In this document: positions 36,888 through 46,858 of the stretch, one piece after another
How the letters are laid out: every line of letters starts with the position of its first letter
Position numbering within the stretch: position 1 is the stretch's first letter
DNA from: Candidatus Marisimplicoccus framensis
Lineage (GTDB): Bacteria; Bacteroidota; Bacteroidia; Flavobacteriales; Flavobacteriaceae
Assembly (NCBI GenBank): GCA_042088875.1
Contig: JBELLF010000001.1
Span: 970-64,969 of the forward strand
Direction: 5' to 3'
Length of the DNA: 64,000 nt
Translations under genes and position numbers: made by a program
Notes under the pieces: model-generated
Database searches by the model: none
What the model saw: only the letters and a program-made list of their open reading frames with translations
Told to the model about the DNA's origin: nothing

Positions 36888-37699
36888 TATGAATTTAATT
36901 TATCAATAATTTCCTGACTTACACCGACACTTGAAAATCCACCATCATTATAAATATTTTGAAGAGTAACTCTTTTTGTGTAATCAGAGAAAAGCGATAC
37001 GGTTAGGTTAGCACAATCTTCAGCAGTAGCATTACCAAGAGGTGAGGTTAAATCAGCATATTTAAGAAAATCATCTAATCCTTTTACTCCTTTTCCAGCA
37101 GTTGTTAAAGTTGGTGATTGAGATATTGTGTTTACTCTAACATTTTTTTCTTTACCAAAGAAATAGCCAAAGCTTCTTGCAATGGATTCTAAATATGCCT
37201 TATTATCAGCCATATCATTATAATTTGGAAAAGTCCTTTGTGCGGCTATATAAGTTAAAGCAACTATACTACCCCACTCTTTCATTGCGTCTAGTTTTAG
37301 TAGAGATTGCATGAGCTTGTGAAAAGATACTGCTGAAACATCCCAACCTTTAGCTAACCAATCATAATTTAAGTCTGTATAGTGTTTACCTTTTCTAACA
37401 TTAACAGACATCCCTATCGAATGAAGAACGAAATCTAATTTTCCGTTAAACTTTTCAGTTGCATGAGAAATTAATTTTTCTAAATCTTCTAAATTGGTTG
37501 CATCGGCAGGAATTATTTCAGAATTAGTTTTCTCAGCTAATTTATTTATTGTTCCCATCCTTATAGAAACAGGAGCATTTGTAAGGATAAACTCACCTCC
37601 TTCTTCATATACCCTTTCAGCAGTTTTCCATGCAATAGAACTATCATCTAGTGCACCAAAAATTATACCTTTCTTACCTTTTAAAATAGAATTTGACAT
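36887..37699 (-). CDS. fabI: Enoyl-ACP reductase (NADH), FabI type
   Basis: 270 aa. SDR fold with the FabI-type Y-x6-K (YNDMADNK). Confidence 0.9.
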   Translation of the reverse strand: MSNSILKGKKGIIFGALDDSSIAWKTAERVYEEGGEFILTNAPVSIRMGTINKLAEKTNSEIIPADATNLEDLEKLISHATEKFNGKLDFVLHSIGMSVNVRKGKHYTDLNYDWLAKGWDVSAVSFHKLMQSLLKLDAMKEWGSIVALTYIAAQRTFPNYNDMADNKAYLESIARSFGYFFGKEKNVRVNTISQSPTLTTAGKGVKGLDDFLKYADLTSPLGNATAEDCANLTVSLFSDYTKRVTLQNIYNDGGFSSVGVSQEIIDKLNS

Positions 37700-37869
37700 T
37701 ACTGATATTTTTTATTTTTTGGTTTCTGCCAACTAAATGCTGCTCCAATTGCAACAAATACTGCTAACCATACTGGCTGATTTGTTGAAGCAAAAACTGC
37801 TACTCCGATTGCAGTCCAAACACCAATCCATACACCACTATTATTAGAATTCTTATGTTTCATATTCAT
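37699..37869 (-). CDS. Small two-helix membrane protein
   Basis: The ORF sits between recN and fabI. Its stop shares 1 nt with the fabI ATG (TAATG). The likely ATG is 37869 (MNMKHKNSNNSGVWIGVWTAIGVAVFAS...WLAVFVAIGAAFSW), and the track start at 37884 is a GTG. No family recognised. Confidence 0.45.
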   Translation of the reverse strand: MNMKHKNSNNSGVWIGVWTAIGVAVFASTNQPVWLAVFVAIGAAFSWQKPKNKKYQ

Positions 37870-37884
37870 ATCATAAAGATACAC

Positions 37885-39537
37885 TTAATTCAATAACTCA
37901 TTAGCAAGTTCATTGGCTGATTTATTTGATTTATCTCCTGATAACATCTCTGCTATTTCTTTTACTCTTTCTTTATCTTCAAGCAATTTGATATCAGTTA
38001 TAATTTTATTTTCCACTTCCTTTTTAAATACCTTGTAATGAAAATCACCTTTTGATGCAACTTGAGGTGTATGTGTTATAACTATAACTTGCATATTCTT
38101 TGACATTTGACCCATTAAATCTGCAACTTTTGAGGATACAGATCCTGATATACCAGTATCAATTTCATCAAAAATTATAGTCGATAATTTAATATAGCTA
38201 GACAAAATTGATTTAATTGAAAGCATTATTCTTGAAACCTCCCCGCCCGAGGCTATATTTCTTAAATCACTATACTTATCACCTTTATTTGACTTAAGTA
38301 AAAATTTACCTTCACTAAATCCATTTTTTTGAATTGATTCTGTTTTTGTCAAATCAATTTTTATTTCTGAATTATTCATTCCTAATTCAGATAGGTTTTG
38401 ATTTAATAATTTCTCAAAATCATTTTTAACAGAATATCTTTTTTTATGAATGAGATTAGCTCTAGAAATAAGATCACTTAATAAGATATCTTTTGAGGAT
38501 TTTAAATCATTAATTTCTTGATCAATATCTTGATGTCCATCTACAACCAATATTAGGTTCTCCTTTATTTTAATTAATTCATCTATTGATGATACTCTAT
38601 GTTTATTTTGTAATGTATAGATTTTGTCAAGATTTCCTCTTAATTGATTTATATCTTCTTCTGAGTTAGAGAGATCATTAAGTATTGATTCAGAGTCATC
38701 AATCATGTCATTTAAACTTTGTATGATTGAACTAAGGCTATCTGCCAAAGAATTAATTCGATTAGAAGATCCTGAGACTTTGTTTAGCTTTCTTACAATA
38801 TTTGAGAGTTTTTCTGAGATTCCAACTTCCTCTGAATTAAACTCTTCATTAATTAGAGATAAGGCTTCTTTAATATCATCTACGTTATCTGCCTCCTTAA
38901 CTTTGTTCTCTATATCTTCTAGGTCAACATTTTCAAGATCAATACTATTAAATTCATTTAATAAATAATTATTATAATCAAGATCTGAGTCAAGAGTATC
39001 TCTTTGTATTTCTTTTTCTTGAATTTTTTTCTCTAAAGCCATTAAAGACTTAAAATCGTTTGAATAAGTATTGAAATTAATTGTGTTACTTGATAGAGAA
39101 TCAAGAATTAAAAAAATAAAGTTTGTATCTAGTATATTGAGATTGTTAAACTGTGAGTGAATATCTAGTAAAGAATTTGTTAAACTTGATAATTGGTCTA
39201 GCCTCACAGGTGTGTCATTAACAAATGCTCTTGATTTACCACTTTGATTAATCTCTCTTCTAATTATTGTCTGATTATCAAAGTCTAAATCATTATCTGA
39301 AAAAAATACTTCAAGATTTTGACCATTAAGGTCAAAAATTGCTTCAACAAAACACTTTTTATCTTTATTGATAATTTTTGTATTGTCAACTCTGGAGCCA
39401 AGAACAAGTGATAACCCTCCCAATAGAATTGACTTTCCAGCTCCCGTTTCTCCAGTGATTGAAGTCATACCATTTTCAAATGATATTTCGACATTATCAA
39501 TTAGAGCGTAATTACTTATTCTTAATCTTTTTAACAT
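37885..39537 (-). CDS. recN: DNA repair protein RecN
   Basis: 550 aa. Walker A GETGAGKSI, long coiled-coil middle, signature SGGEVSR, Walker B IIFDEIDTG. Confidence 0.93.
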   Translation of the reverse strand: MLKRLRISNYALIDNVEISFENGMTSITGETGAGKSILLGGLSLVLGSRVDNTKIINKDKKCFVEAIFDLNGQNLEVFFSDNDLDFDNQTIIRREINQSGKSRAFVNDTPVRLDQLSSLTNSLLDIHSQFNNLNILDTNFIFLILDSLSSNTINFNTYSNDFKSLMALEKKIQEKEIQRDTLDSDLDYNNYLLNEFNSIDLENVDLEDIENKVKEADNVDDIKEALSLINEEFNSEEVGISEKLSNIVRKLNKVSGSSNRINSLADSLSSIIQSLNDMIDDSESILNDLSNSEEDINQLRGNLDKIYTLQNKHRVSSIDELIKIKENLILVVDGHQDIDQEINDLKSSKDILLSDLISRANLIHKKRYSVKNDFEKLLNQNLSELGMNNSEIKIDLTKTESIQKNGFSEGKFLLKSNKGDKYSDLRNIASGGEVSRIMLSIKSILSSYIKLSTIIFDEIDTGISGSVSSKVADLMGQMSKNMQVIVITHTPQVASKGDFHYKVFKKEVENKIITDIKLLEDKERVKEIAEMLSGDKSNKSANELANELLN

Positions 39538-40732
39538 TCTTGCAAATAGCTTTCATTATATCTATTGAAACATCTTTTTTATGTTTCCTTTCAAATGGAG
39601 TAATTTCTAAATCTGAATTTATAAAATCAATTTGATTAAAGTCATTTGAAATTGGATTAAAATCTCCAATTTTATTAACTATTATTGCGTCAAGATTTTT
39701 AGACTTCAATTTTACCTTTGCATTATCAATGTGATTATCAGTCTCCAAGGCAAATCCAACTAGATATTGATTCTTTTTTATTTTGCCTAATTCCTTAATA
39801 ATATCCTTGGTAGGTTTAAGTTTAATTGAATCTAAACCTATATCTTTTTTAATTTTAGTGTCTTTAAATTCTGCTGGTTTAAAATCAGAAACAGCTGCAG
39901 AGCAAATTACAACGTCAGATGATTTAAAATGAGTAATAGTTTCTTCAAACATCTGATCAGAATCTAGAACCCTATATGTATCTATATTTAACAAGTCAAT
40001 TGATAAATTTGTTGGACCTAATATAAGTTTCACATTTGCTCCAAGAGAAATAGCTGCTTTAGCTAAGTGATATCCCATTTTTCCAGATGAACTATTACCA
40101 ATAAATCTGACTGGATCAATTTTTTCATGAGTTGGACCAGCAGTTATTAAAAAATTAAGATTATTAAGTGGAAGAGATTCTTTAAGCTTAATTTCAATAT
40201 GTTCAATTATCTCTTCTGGCTCCAACATTCTGCCCTCACCTTCTAAACCACTTGCAAGAGAGCCTTTACCAACAGGAAGCACATTAGTCTTATTCTTAAC
40301 AAGTTTTTGAATATTTTCTTGATTAAGAGAATTTCTATACATTTCAAGATCCATTGCTGGAGCAATAAATACGGGGCAACTACTTGATAAATAACATGCT
40401 AAAAGAATATTGTCACATTTAGCATTTGCCATTGAAGATATAGTATTTGATGTGGCGGGTGCAATTATAAAGATATCAGCCCATTCGGAAAGCTCCACAT
40501 GATTATTCCAAGAAGGATTTCCGTTTTTCTCAGTAGAAAATTCTGAATAAACATCATTTTTTGAAACAGTTGAAAGAGTTAGAGGAGTGACAAATTCTTT
40601 AGAGGAAGGAGTCATAACGACTTTAACATTACAATTTAGTTTAACCAGTTGCCTTATAAGCAAAGGAGTTTTGTAGGCAGCTATTCCACCTGTTACTCCT
40701 ACTAGTATATTCTTTTGAGCTAAAACACTCAT
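39512..40732 (-). CDS. coaBC: Bifunctional phosphopantothenoylcysteine decarboxylase / synthetase
   Basis: 406 aa. Flavoprotein N-domain (GVTGGIAAYK) and CoaB domain (GNSSSGKMG). Overlaps recN by 26 nt. Confidence 0.93.
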   Translation of the reverse strand: MSVLAQKNILVGVTGGIAAYKTPLLIRQLVKLNCNVKVVMTPSSKEFVTPLTLSTVSKNDVYSEFSTEKNGNPSWNNHVELSEWADIFIIAPATSNTISSMANAKCDNILLACYLSSSCPVFIAPAMDLEMYRNSLNQENIQKLVKNKTNVLPVGKGSLASGLEGEGRMLEPEEIIEHIEIKLKESLPLNNLNFLITAGPTHEKIDPVRFIGNSSSGKMGYHLAKAAISLGANVKLILGPTNLSIDLLNIDTYRVLDSDQMFEETITHFKSSDVVICSAAVSDFKPAEFKDTKIKKDIGLDSIKLKPTKDIIKELGKIKKNQYLVGFALETDNHIDNAKVKLKSKNLDAIIVNKIGDFNPISNDFNQIDFINSDLEITPFERKHKKDVSIDIMKAICKNVKKIKNK

Positions 40733-40746
40733 TGTATTGAAGTTTA

Positions 40747-41076
40747 TTACTCTGTTTCAGCTTCAGTATCCCTGTAATAGATTTTATTTTCAATCCACTC
40801 ATCTATTGCTATTGCATAGGACTTAGGAAGTTTTTCATAAAATTTGGAAACTTCAATTTGCTCTTTATTCTCAAAGACTTCTTCAAGACTATCATTGTGA
40901 GTTGCAAACTCATCAAGTTTATCATGTAGTTCTTTTTTAATTTCAGAGTTAATCTGTGCTGATCGTTTAGCAATTATTGAGATAGCTTCATAAATATTAT
41001 CGGTTGGATTTTCAATCTCAAGTTTATTATATGTTTTTGTGCTATTGGCTGCGTTAGAATTTCTGTATTTATTCAT
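40747..41076 (-). CDS. rpoZ: DNA-directed RNA polymerase subunit omega
   Basis: 109 aa. Core helix NIYEAISIIAKRSAQIN resembles the omega motif. Its position between bamD and coaBC is typical for Bacteroidota. Confidence 0.7.
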   Translation of the reverse strand: MNKYRNSNAANSTKTYNKLEIENPTDNIYEAISIIAKRSAQINSEIKKELHDKLDEFATHNDSLEEVFENKEQIEVSKFYEKLPKSYAIAIDEWIENKIYYRDTEAETE

Positions 41077-41084
41077 TAGTTTAT

Positions 41085-41867
41085 TTATAAAAGTTGTTTT
41101 GCAATATTAATCTTTTTAGACAAGTCTTCAATGAAAATGGTATCAGGATAATACCTTAAAAAATTATCAAGTGACCTCTCTAATTCTGTAATCCTTTCAA
41201 CAATTCTTGACTCAATACTATTAATAGCTATTTCATATTGAGACAACCACTTATAATAGAGAGCTTCCTCTCTAAAAATTGTACCAGGATTGTCAGCTAT
41301 AAAATTATCAAGTGATTTAATTGCTGAAGTATAATCTCTTATAGTATAGTATTGCTTTGAAATTTCAAAGTCTTTTTGTTCTAGTTTATTCTGAAGCTCA
41401 TCCATTAATTCAAGAGCCTCTGAAACATATTCACTATTTGGAAATCTATTAATAAATACCTGGAGTTTATCAATGCCAGTGAATGTGTCATCTTGATCGA
41501 GACTATAAAGAGGTGACAACATAAAATATGATTTAGCCTCCATAAAATATGCTTCTTGTATCCTTTGGCTATTTGGATAAGATTTTATAAAATTTTCAAA
41601 TTGAACTGCAGCAGAATAATATAGTTTAGTCTCAAAATAAGAGATAGCAAAAAAGTAGACCAGTCTTTCACCCTGAGGTTTTCCTCTGTAGCTTGGTATA
41701 ATTTGCTCAATCAATGCATTTGCCCTTCTAAACTCTCCGTTATTATAATAATTCTCAGCTGCAGTATACTTATCAACATCATTTTCAGTACTATTAAGTA
41801 ACTTTTGATAATCATTACAGGATAGCAACAATATTGAAAAGGATATTAAAAAGAATATTCTATTCAT
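41085..41867 (-). CDS. bamD: Outer membrane protein assembly factor BamD
   Basis: 260 aa. Lipobox LLLSC followed by TPR-like repeats. Confidence 0.85.
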   Translation of the reverse strand: MNRIFFLISFSILLLSCNDYQKLLNSTENDVDKYTAAENYYNNGEFRRANALIEQIIPSYRGKPQGERLVYFFAISYFETKLYYSAAVQFENFIKSYPNSQRIQEAYFMEAKSYFMLSPLYSLDQDDTFTGIDKLQVFINRFPNSEYVSEALELMDELQNKLEQKDFEISKQYYTIRDYTSAIKSLDNFIADNPGTIFREEALYYKWLSQYEIAINSIESRIVERITELERSLDNFLRYYPDTIFIEDLSKKINIAKQLL

Positions 41868-41884
41868 GTAGATTTAATGTTTGG

Positions 41885-41892
41885 CAAATTTA
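41885..41892 (-). promoter_or_regulatory. -7 box (TAAATTTG) for bamD
   Basis: Exact TAnnTTTG on the minus strand, 17 nt upstream of the bamD ATG, in the 33-nt ligA-bamD spacer. Confidence 0.5.
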
Positions 41893-41900
41893 ATATAAGT

Positions 41901-43898
41901 TTATGAAATAAGATCTATTAAATTAACTTCATTAATAATAGACACACTAAGTTCATTAGCAGTATTCAATTTTGATGGCCCAATATTTTTACCTGCGACG
42001 AGATAATTAGTTTTCTTGCTAACAGATGAACTAACTTTTCCACCATTTAATTCTATTATATTCTTAATCTCATCTCTACTATGAGATTCAAAGACACCCG
42101 AGATAACAAATATTTTACCATTTAATTTTGTTGAATGAAAGTCATTATCTTTTTTATAGAATTTCAAACCAAAAGATTTAAGCTTATTTATTATTTGAAT
42201 ATTATTAATATCATTAAAAAAATCAACTATACTCTTAGCTGTTTTATCTCCAATTTCATCAATAGATGATAAAGATTCAATATCCATTAAAGCTAATTTA
42301 TCTATTGAATCAACATGTTTAATTATTTTTTTTGACGCAGACTCACCAACATATCTAATACCTATACCAAATAATACTTTTTGAAATGAATTTAATTTTG
42401 ATTCTTCAATCCCTTTCTTAAGATTCTCTGCTGATTTTTCTCCATAACCTTCAATTTTAGAAATTTCATAATAATTAAGATTATAAATATCTGCTATATC
42501 TCTTAAATATCCTAAATCATAAAAAAGTCTTATTGTTTCATCTCCCAGTCCATCAATATTCATTGCTTTTCTTGACACAAAATGTTGAATTCTACCAATA
42601 GCTTGAGGTCTACAATCTTTATAATTTGTACAAAAATAATTAGCTTCGGTTTCTAGTTTTTCTAAACTGCTATTACATTCAGGACAAATTTTTGGAAAGA
42701 TTATTTCATCCTCTGAACTACCTCTTCTTTGCATATCAATACCCGTAATTTTAGGAATTATCTCTCCACCTTTTTCAACAAACACAAAATCGTTAACCCT
42801 TAATTTTAATTTAAGCATTTGATCATAACTATGAAGAGAGGCTCTCTTAACAGTTGAACCAGAGATTAAAACGGGCTCCAGATTAGCAACTGGTGTAACA
42901 GCACCAGTCCTTCCCACATTAAATGAAATTGATTTTAATCTAGTAGCAAGGTTTTCAGCCTTATACTTATAAGATATCGCCCATCTTGGGAATTTTGAAG
43001 TGAACCCCAGTTGGTTCTGATAATCTATCTTATTTATTTTAATAACTACTCCATCAATCTCAAATGGTAAAGTGTTTCTATTTATTTCCCAATATTTAAT
43101 ATATTCTTTTACTCCTTGAATACTATTAACTACTCTTTCATAATTTGGCACATTAAACCCCATTTCTCTTGCAAGATTTAACAATTCAGAATGATCTTCA
43201 ATAGCTATATCATCAGAAACAATAGAGTATAAAAAACATTCCAAAGGTCTTCTTGCAACTTCATTGGAATCGAGCAATTTAATACTTCCAGATGCGGTAT
43301 TTCGAGGATTCATGAATGGTTGTTCACCATTATCTTTTCTTTTTTTATTAAGCTGAGTAAATGAGTCTAAGGGAATAATTATTTCACCTCTAATTTCAAA
43401 TTTATTTTTCTTGAAACTTTCTTTTAATTTGATAGGTATTGACGATATTGTCTTTAAATTTTTTGTGATATTGTCACCATTTGATCCATCACCTCTTGTT
43501 AATCCTCTTACAAGTTTACCTTTATTATACAATAAGTTAACAGAAGCACCATCGTATTTAAGCTCACAACAAAATTCAAAATCTGTTACACCAATGTTTT
43601 TAACTACCCTATCATACCATGCTTCAAGTTCCTCTGAAGAATAAGTATTATCTAATGAATACATTGGATAAATATGAGATTCTGAATCAAACTTTTCAGA
43701 TAGGCCACCACCAACTCTATTTGTTGGAGAATTTTCATCCTTAAATTGTGGATAATTATTTTCAAGTCTTACTAGTTCTCCTAAAAGTTGATCATATTCA
43801 ATATCAGATATAATATTTTTATCGAGATCATAATAGTAATAATTATGTTGGTTAATTAGATCTCTTAATTCCTGTATTTTTTGTTTAATATTGTCCAT
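41901..43898 (-). CDS. ligA: NAD-dependent DNA ligase
   Basis: 665 aa. Adenylation motif CELKYDGAS, Cys4 zinc finger (CPECNS...C..C), HhH repeats and a C-terminal BRCT domain. Confidence 0.95.
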   Translation of the reverse strand: MDNIKQKIQELRDLINQHNYYYYDLDKNIISDIEYDQLLGELVRLENNYPQFKDENSPTNRVGGGLSEKFDSESHIYPMYSLDNTYSSEELEAWYDRVVKNIGVTDFEFCCELKYDGASVNLLYNKGKLVRGLTRGDGSNGDNITKNLKTISSIPIKLKESFKKNKFEIRGEIIIPLDSFTQLNKKRKDNGEQPFMNPRNTASGSIKLLDSNEVARRPLECFLYSIVSDDIAIEDHSELLNLAREMGFNVPNYERVVNSIQGVKEYIKYWEINRNTLPFEIDGVVIKINKIDYQNQLGFTSKFPRWAISYKYKAENLATRLKSISFNVGRTGAVTPVANLEPVLISGSTVKRASLHSYDQMLKLKLRVNDFVFVEKGGEIIPKITGIDMQRRGSSEDEIIFPKICPECNSSLEKLETEANYFCTNYKDCRPQAIGRIQHFVSRKAMNIDGLGDETIRLFYDLGYLRDIADIYNLNYYEISKIEGYGEKSAENLKKGIEESKLNSFQKVLFGIGIRYVGESASKKIIKHVDSIDKLALMDIESLSSIDEIGDKTAKSIVDFFNDINNIQIINKLKSFGLKFYKKDNDFHSTKLNGKIFVISGVFESHSRDEIKNIIELNGGKVSSSVSKKTNYLVAGKNIGPSKLNTANELSVSIINEVNLIDLIS

Positions 43899-44729
43899 TT
43901 AGAATGATAACTTAGCAAGTCTTTTTTTTCCTCTAAAATCCACTCTAAAGTTAACATCATTTGGCTTAAATTTGGTTAATAAATCATTAAATTCTTTAAT
44001 AAAATCAGGATTTATTTCAAGATATATCTGACCTCCTTTATTTAAGTTTTTATTTGCAAAAACAAGTATTTGTTTATAGAAATGAAGTGGCTTATCTTTT
44101 GGTGCAAACAGTGCAATGTGAGGTTCAAAATTTACATTCTCATCTATTTCATCTTTTTTTGAATAATCAAGATAAGGTGGGTTTGAGATAATAATATCAA
44201 AGAATTCATTGTTAGTAAAATTAGTGTTCATATCATACTCTATTATTTTTACCTTTGACTCAAGAATATCCTTATTTAAATTACATACACGGAGAGCTTC
44301 TTTTGATATATCTGCTAATGTTACATCAAGATTTATTGTTTTAGAAATTGATATTCCAATACATCCTGATCCAGCTCCCAAATCAATTAATTTTTTTCTA
44401 TCATTTGTATTATCGTCAATTACCCATTGGACTAATTCTTCTGTTTCAGGTCTAGGTATTAACACATTTTCATCTACATAAAAATCATAACCAAAAAAAC
44501 TTTTCTTATTTATTATGTAATCTAAAGGATAATTTCTATGAATATTTTTAAGACTTGATCTTAAAAGCATCTCATTTTCTGATTTTATAATAAAATTTGG
44601 ATCTAGGGCTATTTTTAAAGGATCAACATTACATAGCTCTTCAAGTAATATTTTGAAAATATAATCAGATTCTTCATTTGTTTTTCCTAATTCAGATCTA
44701 TAAAAATCTCTAAATTCAATTATATTCAT
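43899..44729 (-). CDS. prmC: Release factor glutamine N5-methyltransferase
   Basis: 276 aa. SAM motif DLGAGSGCIG and NPPY (IISNPPYL). Confidence 0.88.
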   Translation of the reverse strand: MNIIEFRDFYRSELGKTNEESDYIFKILLEELCNVDPLKIALDPNFIIKSENEMLLRSSLKNIHRNYPLDYIINKKSFFGYDFYVDENVLIPRPETEELVQWVIDDNTNDRKKLIDLGAGSGCIGISISKTINLDVTLADISKEALRVCNLNKDILESKVKIIEYDMNTNFTNNEFFDIIISNPPYLDYSKKDEIDENVNFEPHIALFAPKDKPLHFYKQILVFANKNLNKGGQIYLEINPDFIKEFNDLLTKFKPNDVNFRVDFRGKKRLAKLSF

Positions 44730-45205
44730 TTTAAATCTTTAAGCATCCATACTGGACAGGCAGTATGACCTGTATTTCCCATTGGTTTATCAATATATTC
44801 AAATCCTTTTTTTTTATATAATTTTTGAGCACTAACCATGTTTGGCATTGTTTCAATATAACATTTAGTATAATTTGATTCTATTGCAAACGTTAAACAC
44901 TTATCTATCATTTTATCTCCGTAGCCTTTTCCTCGAACAGACTTATGAAAATACATTTTTTGAAGCTCACATATATCACTAGTGCTTTGTTTAAGTTCAG
45001 ATATTCCAGCTCCACCTAGAATTTTATTTTCATGCTCAATTATATAATATATAGATCTTGGGTTTTGATAAGCTTCAAACATTTTATCAAGCTCTGGATC
45101 TTCATATGCAGAACCTTTTTTTGGTATTTCCATTTCAATAAGAACTTCCCTAAGAATTCTTGAAAGACTTTTGTTATCACTCTGATTAATAGATCTTATT
45201 AACAT
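44726..45205 (-). CDS. GNAT family N-acetyltransferase
   Basis: 159 aa. Acetyl-CoA binding block VRGKGYGDKMI. Confidence 0.8.
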   Translation of the reverse strand: MLIRSINQSDNKSLSRILREVLIEMEIPKKGSAYEDPELDKMFEAYQNPRSIYYIIEHENKILGGAGISELKQSTSDICELQKMYFHKSVRGKGYGDKMIDKCLTFAIESNYTKCYIETMPNMVSAQKLYKKKGFEYIDKPMGNTGHTACPVWMLKDLK

Positions 45206-45250
45206 AATGACCTTTTTGACTTAAATTTACAATTCTAATTTTTATAAATT

Positions 45251-46285
45251 ATGGATACACACATTAAATACATGAAAAGATGTATTGAACTAGCATCAGA
45301 AGGAATTGGAAATACATATCCAAATCCTATGGTCGGATGTGTAATTGTTCATAATAATAAGATAATTGGTGAGGGTTCACATCAAGAGTATGGGTGTAGT
45401 CATGCAGAAGTTAATGCAATTAATAGCGTAGTTGATAAGGACTTACTTAAAGAATCCACTCTGTATGTTAATCTTGAACCATGTAATCATTATGGAAAAA
45501 CTCCACCTTGTACAAAGCTAATTCTTGAGAAAGGAATTAAGAATGTAGTAATAGGATCAAAAGATCCTAATAGAAATGTTTTGGGCGGGGGAATCAATAC
45601 TCTTGTTTCAAATGATTGTAATGTTGAATATGGAATTATAAAAGATGAGTGCGACTCTCTTAATAAAAGATTTTTCACATTTCAAAATCAAAAAAGACCA
45701 TACATTATATTAAAATGGGCAGAATCTAAAGATGGATATATAAGCCCAAAGAAATCTGATCGAATTCAAGGAGAAGCATTTTGGATTTCAAATGAAGAAT
45801 CTAAGAAAATGTCTCACAATTTTAGAAGTCAAGAACATTCAATACTAGTTGGAGTTCAAACTGTAATTGATGATAATCCAGAATTGACCACTAGGTTAGT
45901 TGTTGGTAATAGTCCTATAAGGATAGTTCTTGACCCAAATAATAGAATCCCATTAAATTCAAAAGTATTATCAAATGAGTCAGAGACAATTATTTTTTCA
46001 TCAACAAAAAACTTAGAATTAAATACAGATAATGAGGTTCTTAAACAGTTTGATCTTGATTCGATTCTAGAATCATTATTTAAACGTGGCATTCAGTCAA
46101 TGATTGTAGAAGGTGGAGCATATACTATTCAAAAGTTTATAGATTCTGATAAGTGGGATTGTATTAGGGTATTTAAGTCTGAGAAAAATCTTTGTGATGG
46201 ACTACTTGCCCCAAAATATGAAATTGATAAATTAAAATATAGATTGATTGGAGAAAACAAGTTTTATGAAACTTTCAAAAATTAA
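45251..46285 (+). CDS. ribD: Bifunctional riboflavin biosynthesis deaminase/reductase
   Basis: 344 aa. Deaminase zinc motifs HAEVNA and PCNHYGKTPPC, with a C-terminal reductase domain. Confidence 0.92.
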   Translation: MDTHIKYMKRCIELASEGIGNTYPNPMVGCVIVHNNKIIGEGSHQEYGCSHAEVNAINSVVDKDLLKESTLYVNLEPCNHYGKTPPCTKLILEKGIKNVVIGSKDPNRNVLGGGINTLVSNDCNVEYGIIKDECDSLNKRFFTFQNQKRPYIILKWAESKDGYISPKKSDRIQGEAFWISNEESKKMSHNFRSQEHSILVGVQTVIDDNPELTTRLVVGNSPIRIVLDPNNRIPLNSKVLSNESETIIFSSTKNLELNTDNEVLKQFDLDSILESLFKRGIQSMIVEGGAYTIQKFIDSDKWDCIRVFKSEKNLCDGLLAPKYEIDKLKYRLIGENKFYETFKN

Positions 46286-46673
46286 ATAACTCATTAATTT
46301 CTTTAGGACACCTCTGTGGTTTCATAGATTTTGAATTTAAAAATGCTAATGTTGTTGCACCTTCAGTTGTAAGCTCATTATTTTGATTAAAAATCTGATA
46401 TTTAAACTCAATAGTTGATGTTGGTTCTTTCTCACAAATTACATTTACATACATTGAGTCACCAAAAAAAAGAGATTTAATAAATTTTATTTCACATCTA
46501 ACAACAGGAAGTATTATATCACTTTCTTCAATTTTTTGGTATGACAATTTAAGTTTTTCAAGCCACTCGATTCTTGCTAATTCAAAAAATTTTAAATAAT
46601 TACTATGATGAACAATACCCATTTGATCAGTTTCACAATATCTAACTTTTATTATATCAGTTTTATATTTCAT
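46275..46673 (-). CDS. Acyl-CoA thioesterase (4HBT/YbgC hotdog fold)
   Basis: 132 aa. YCETDQMGIVHHSNY block. Confidence 0.85.
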   Translation of the reverse strand: MKYKTDIIKVRYCETDQMGIVHHSNYLKFFELARIEWLEKLKLSYQKIEESDIILPVVRCEIKFIKSLFFGDSMYVNVICEKEPTSTIEFKYQIFNQNNELTTEGATTLAFLNSKSMKPQRCPKEINELFNF

Positions 46674-46710
46674 TTTTTTTATTTTATGAAGGAGTTTATT
46701 CTTTTTCTTA

Positions 46711-46718
46711 CAAATTTA
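46711..46718 (-). promoter_or_regulatory. -7 box (TAAATTTG) for the thioesterase gene
   Basis: Exact TAnnTTTG on the minus strand, 37 nt upstream of ATG 46673. Confidence 0.45.
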
Positions 46719-46858
46719 TGCTACCTGATTTTAAATAAAAAAAAATTAATAATCAATAGGTAAACTTATTTTTTTTTTAGTTTTTTTAAATAATATTTGT
46801 CAAGAATATAAAACAATAACTCATAAATATATTCAATTAACCTTTAGCCAAGAAAATA

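Noticed and set aside
45206-45250. Expected cis-regulatory RNAs: an FMN riboswitch before ribD, a glycine riboswitch before gcvT (11689-11712), and a thr leader or T-box before thrA/thrS.
   Set aside because: The upstream spacers are only 45, 24, 0 and 27 nt. That is too short for these elements, and none of their conserved cores is visible.
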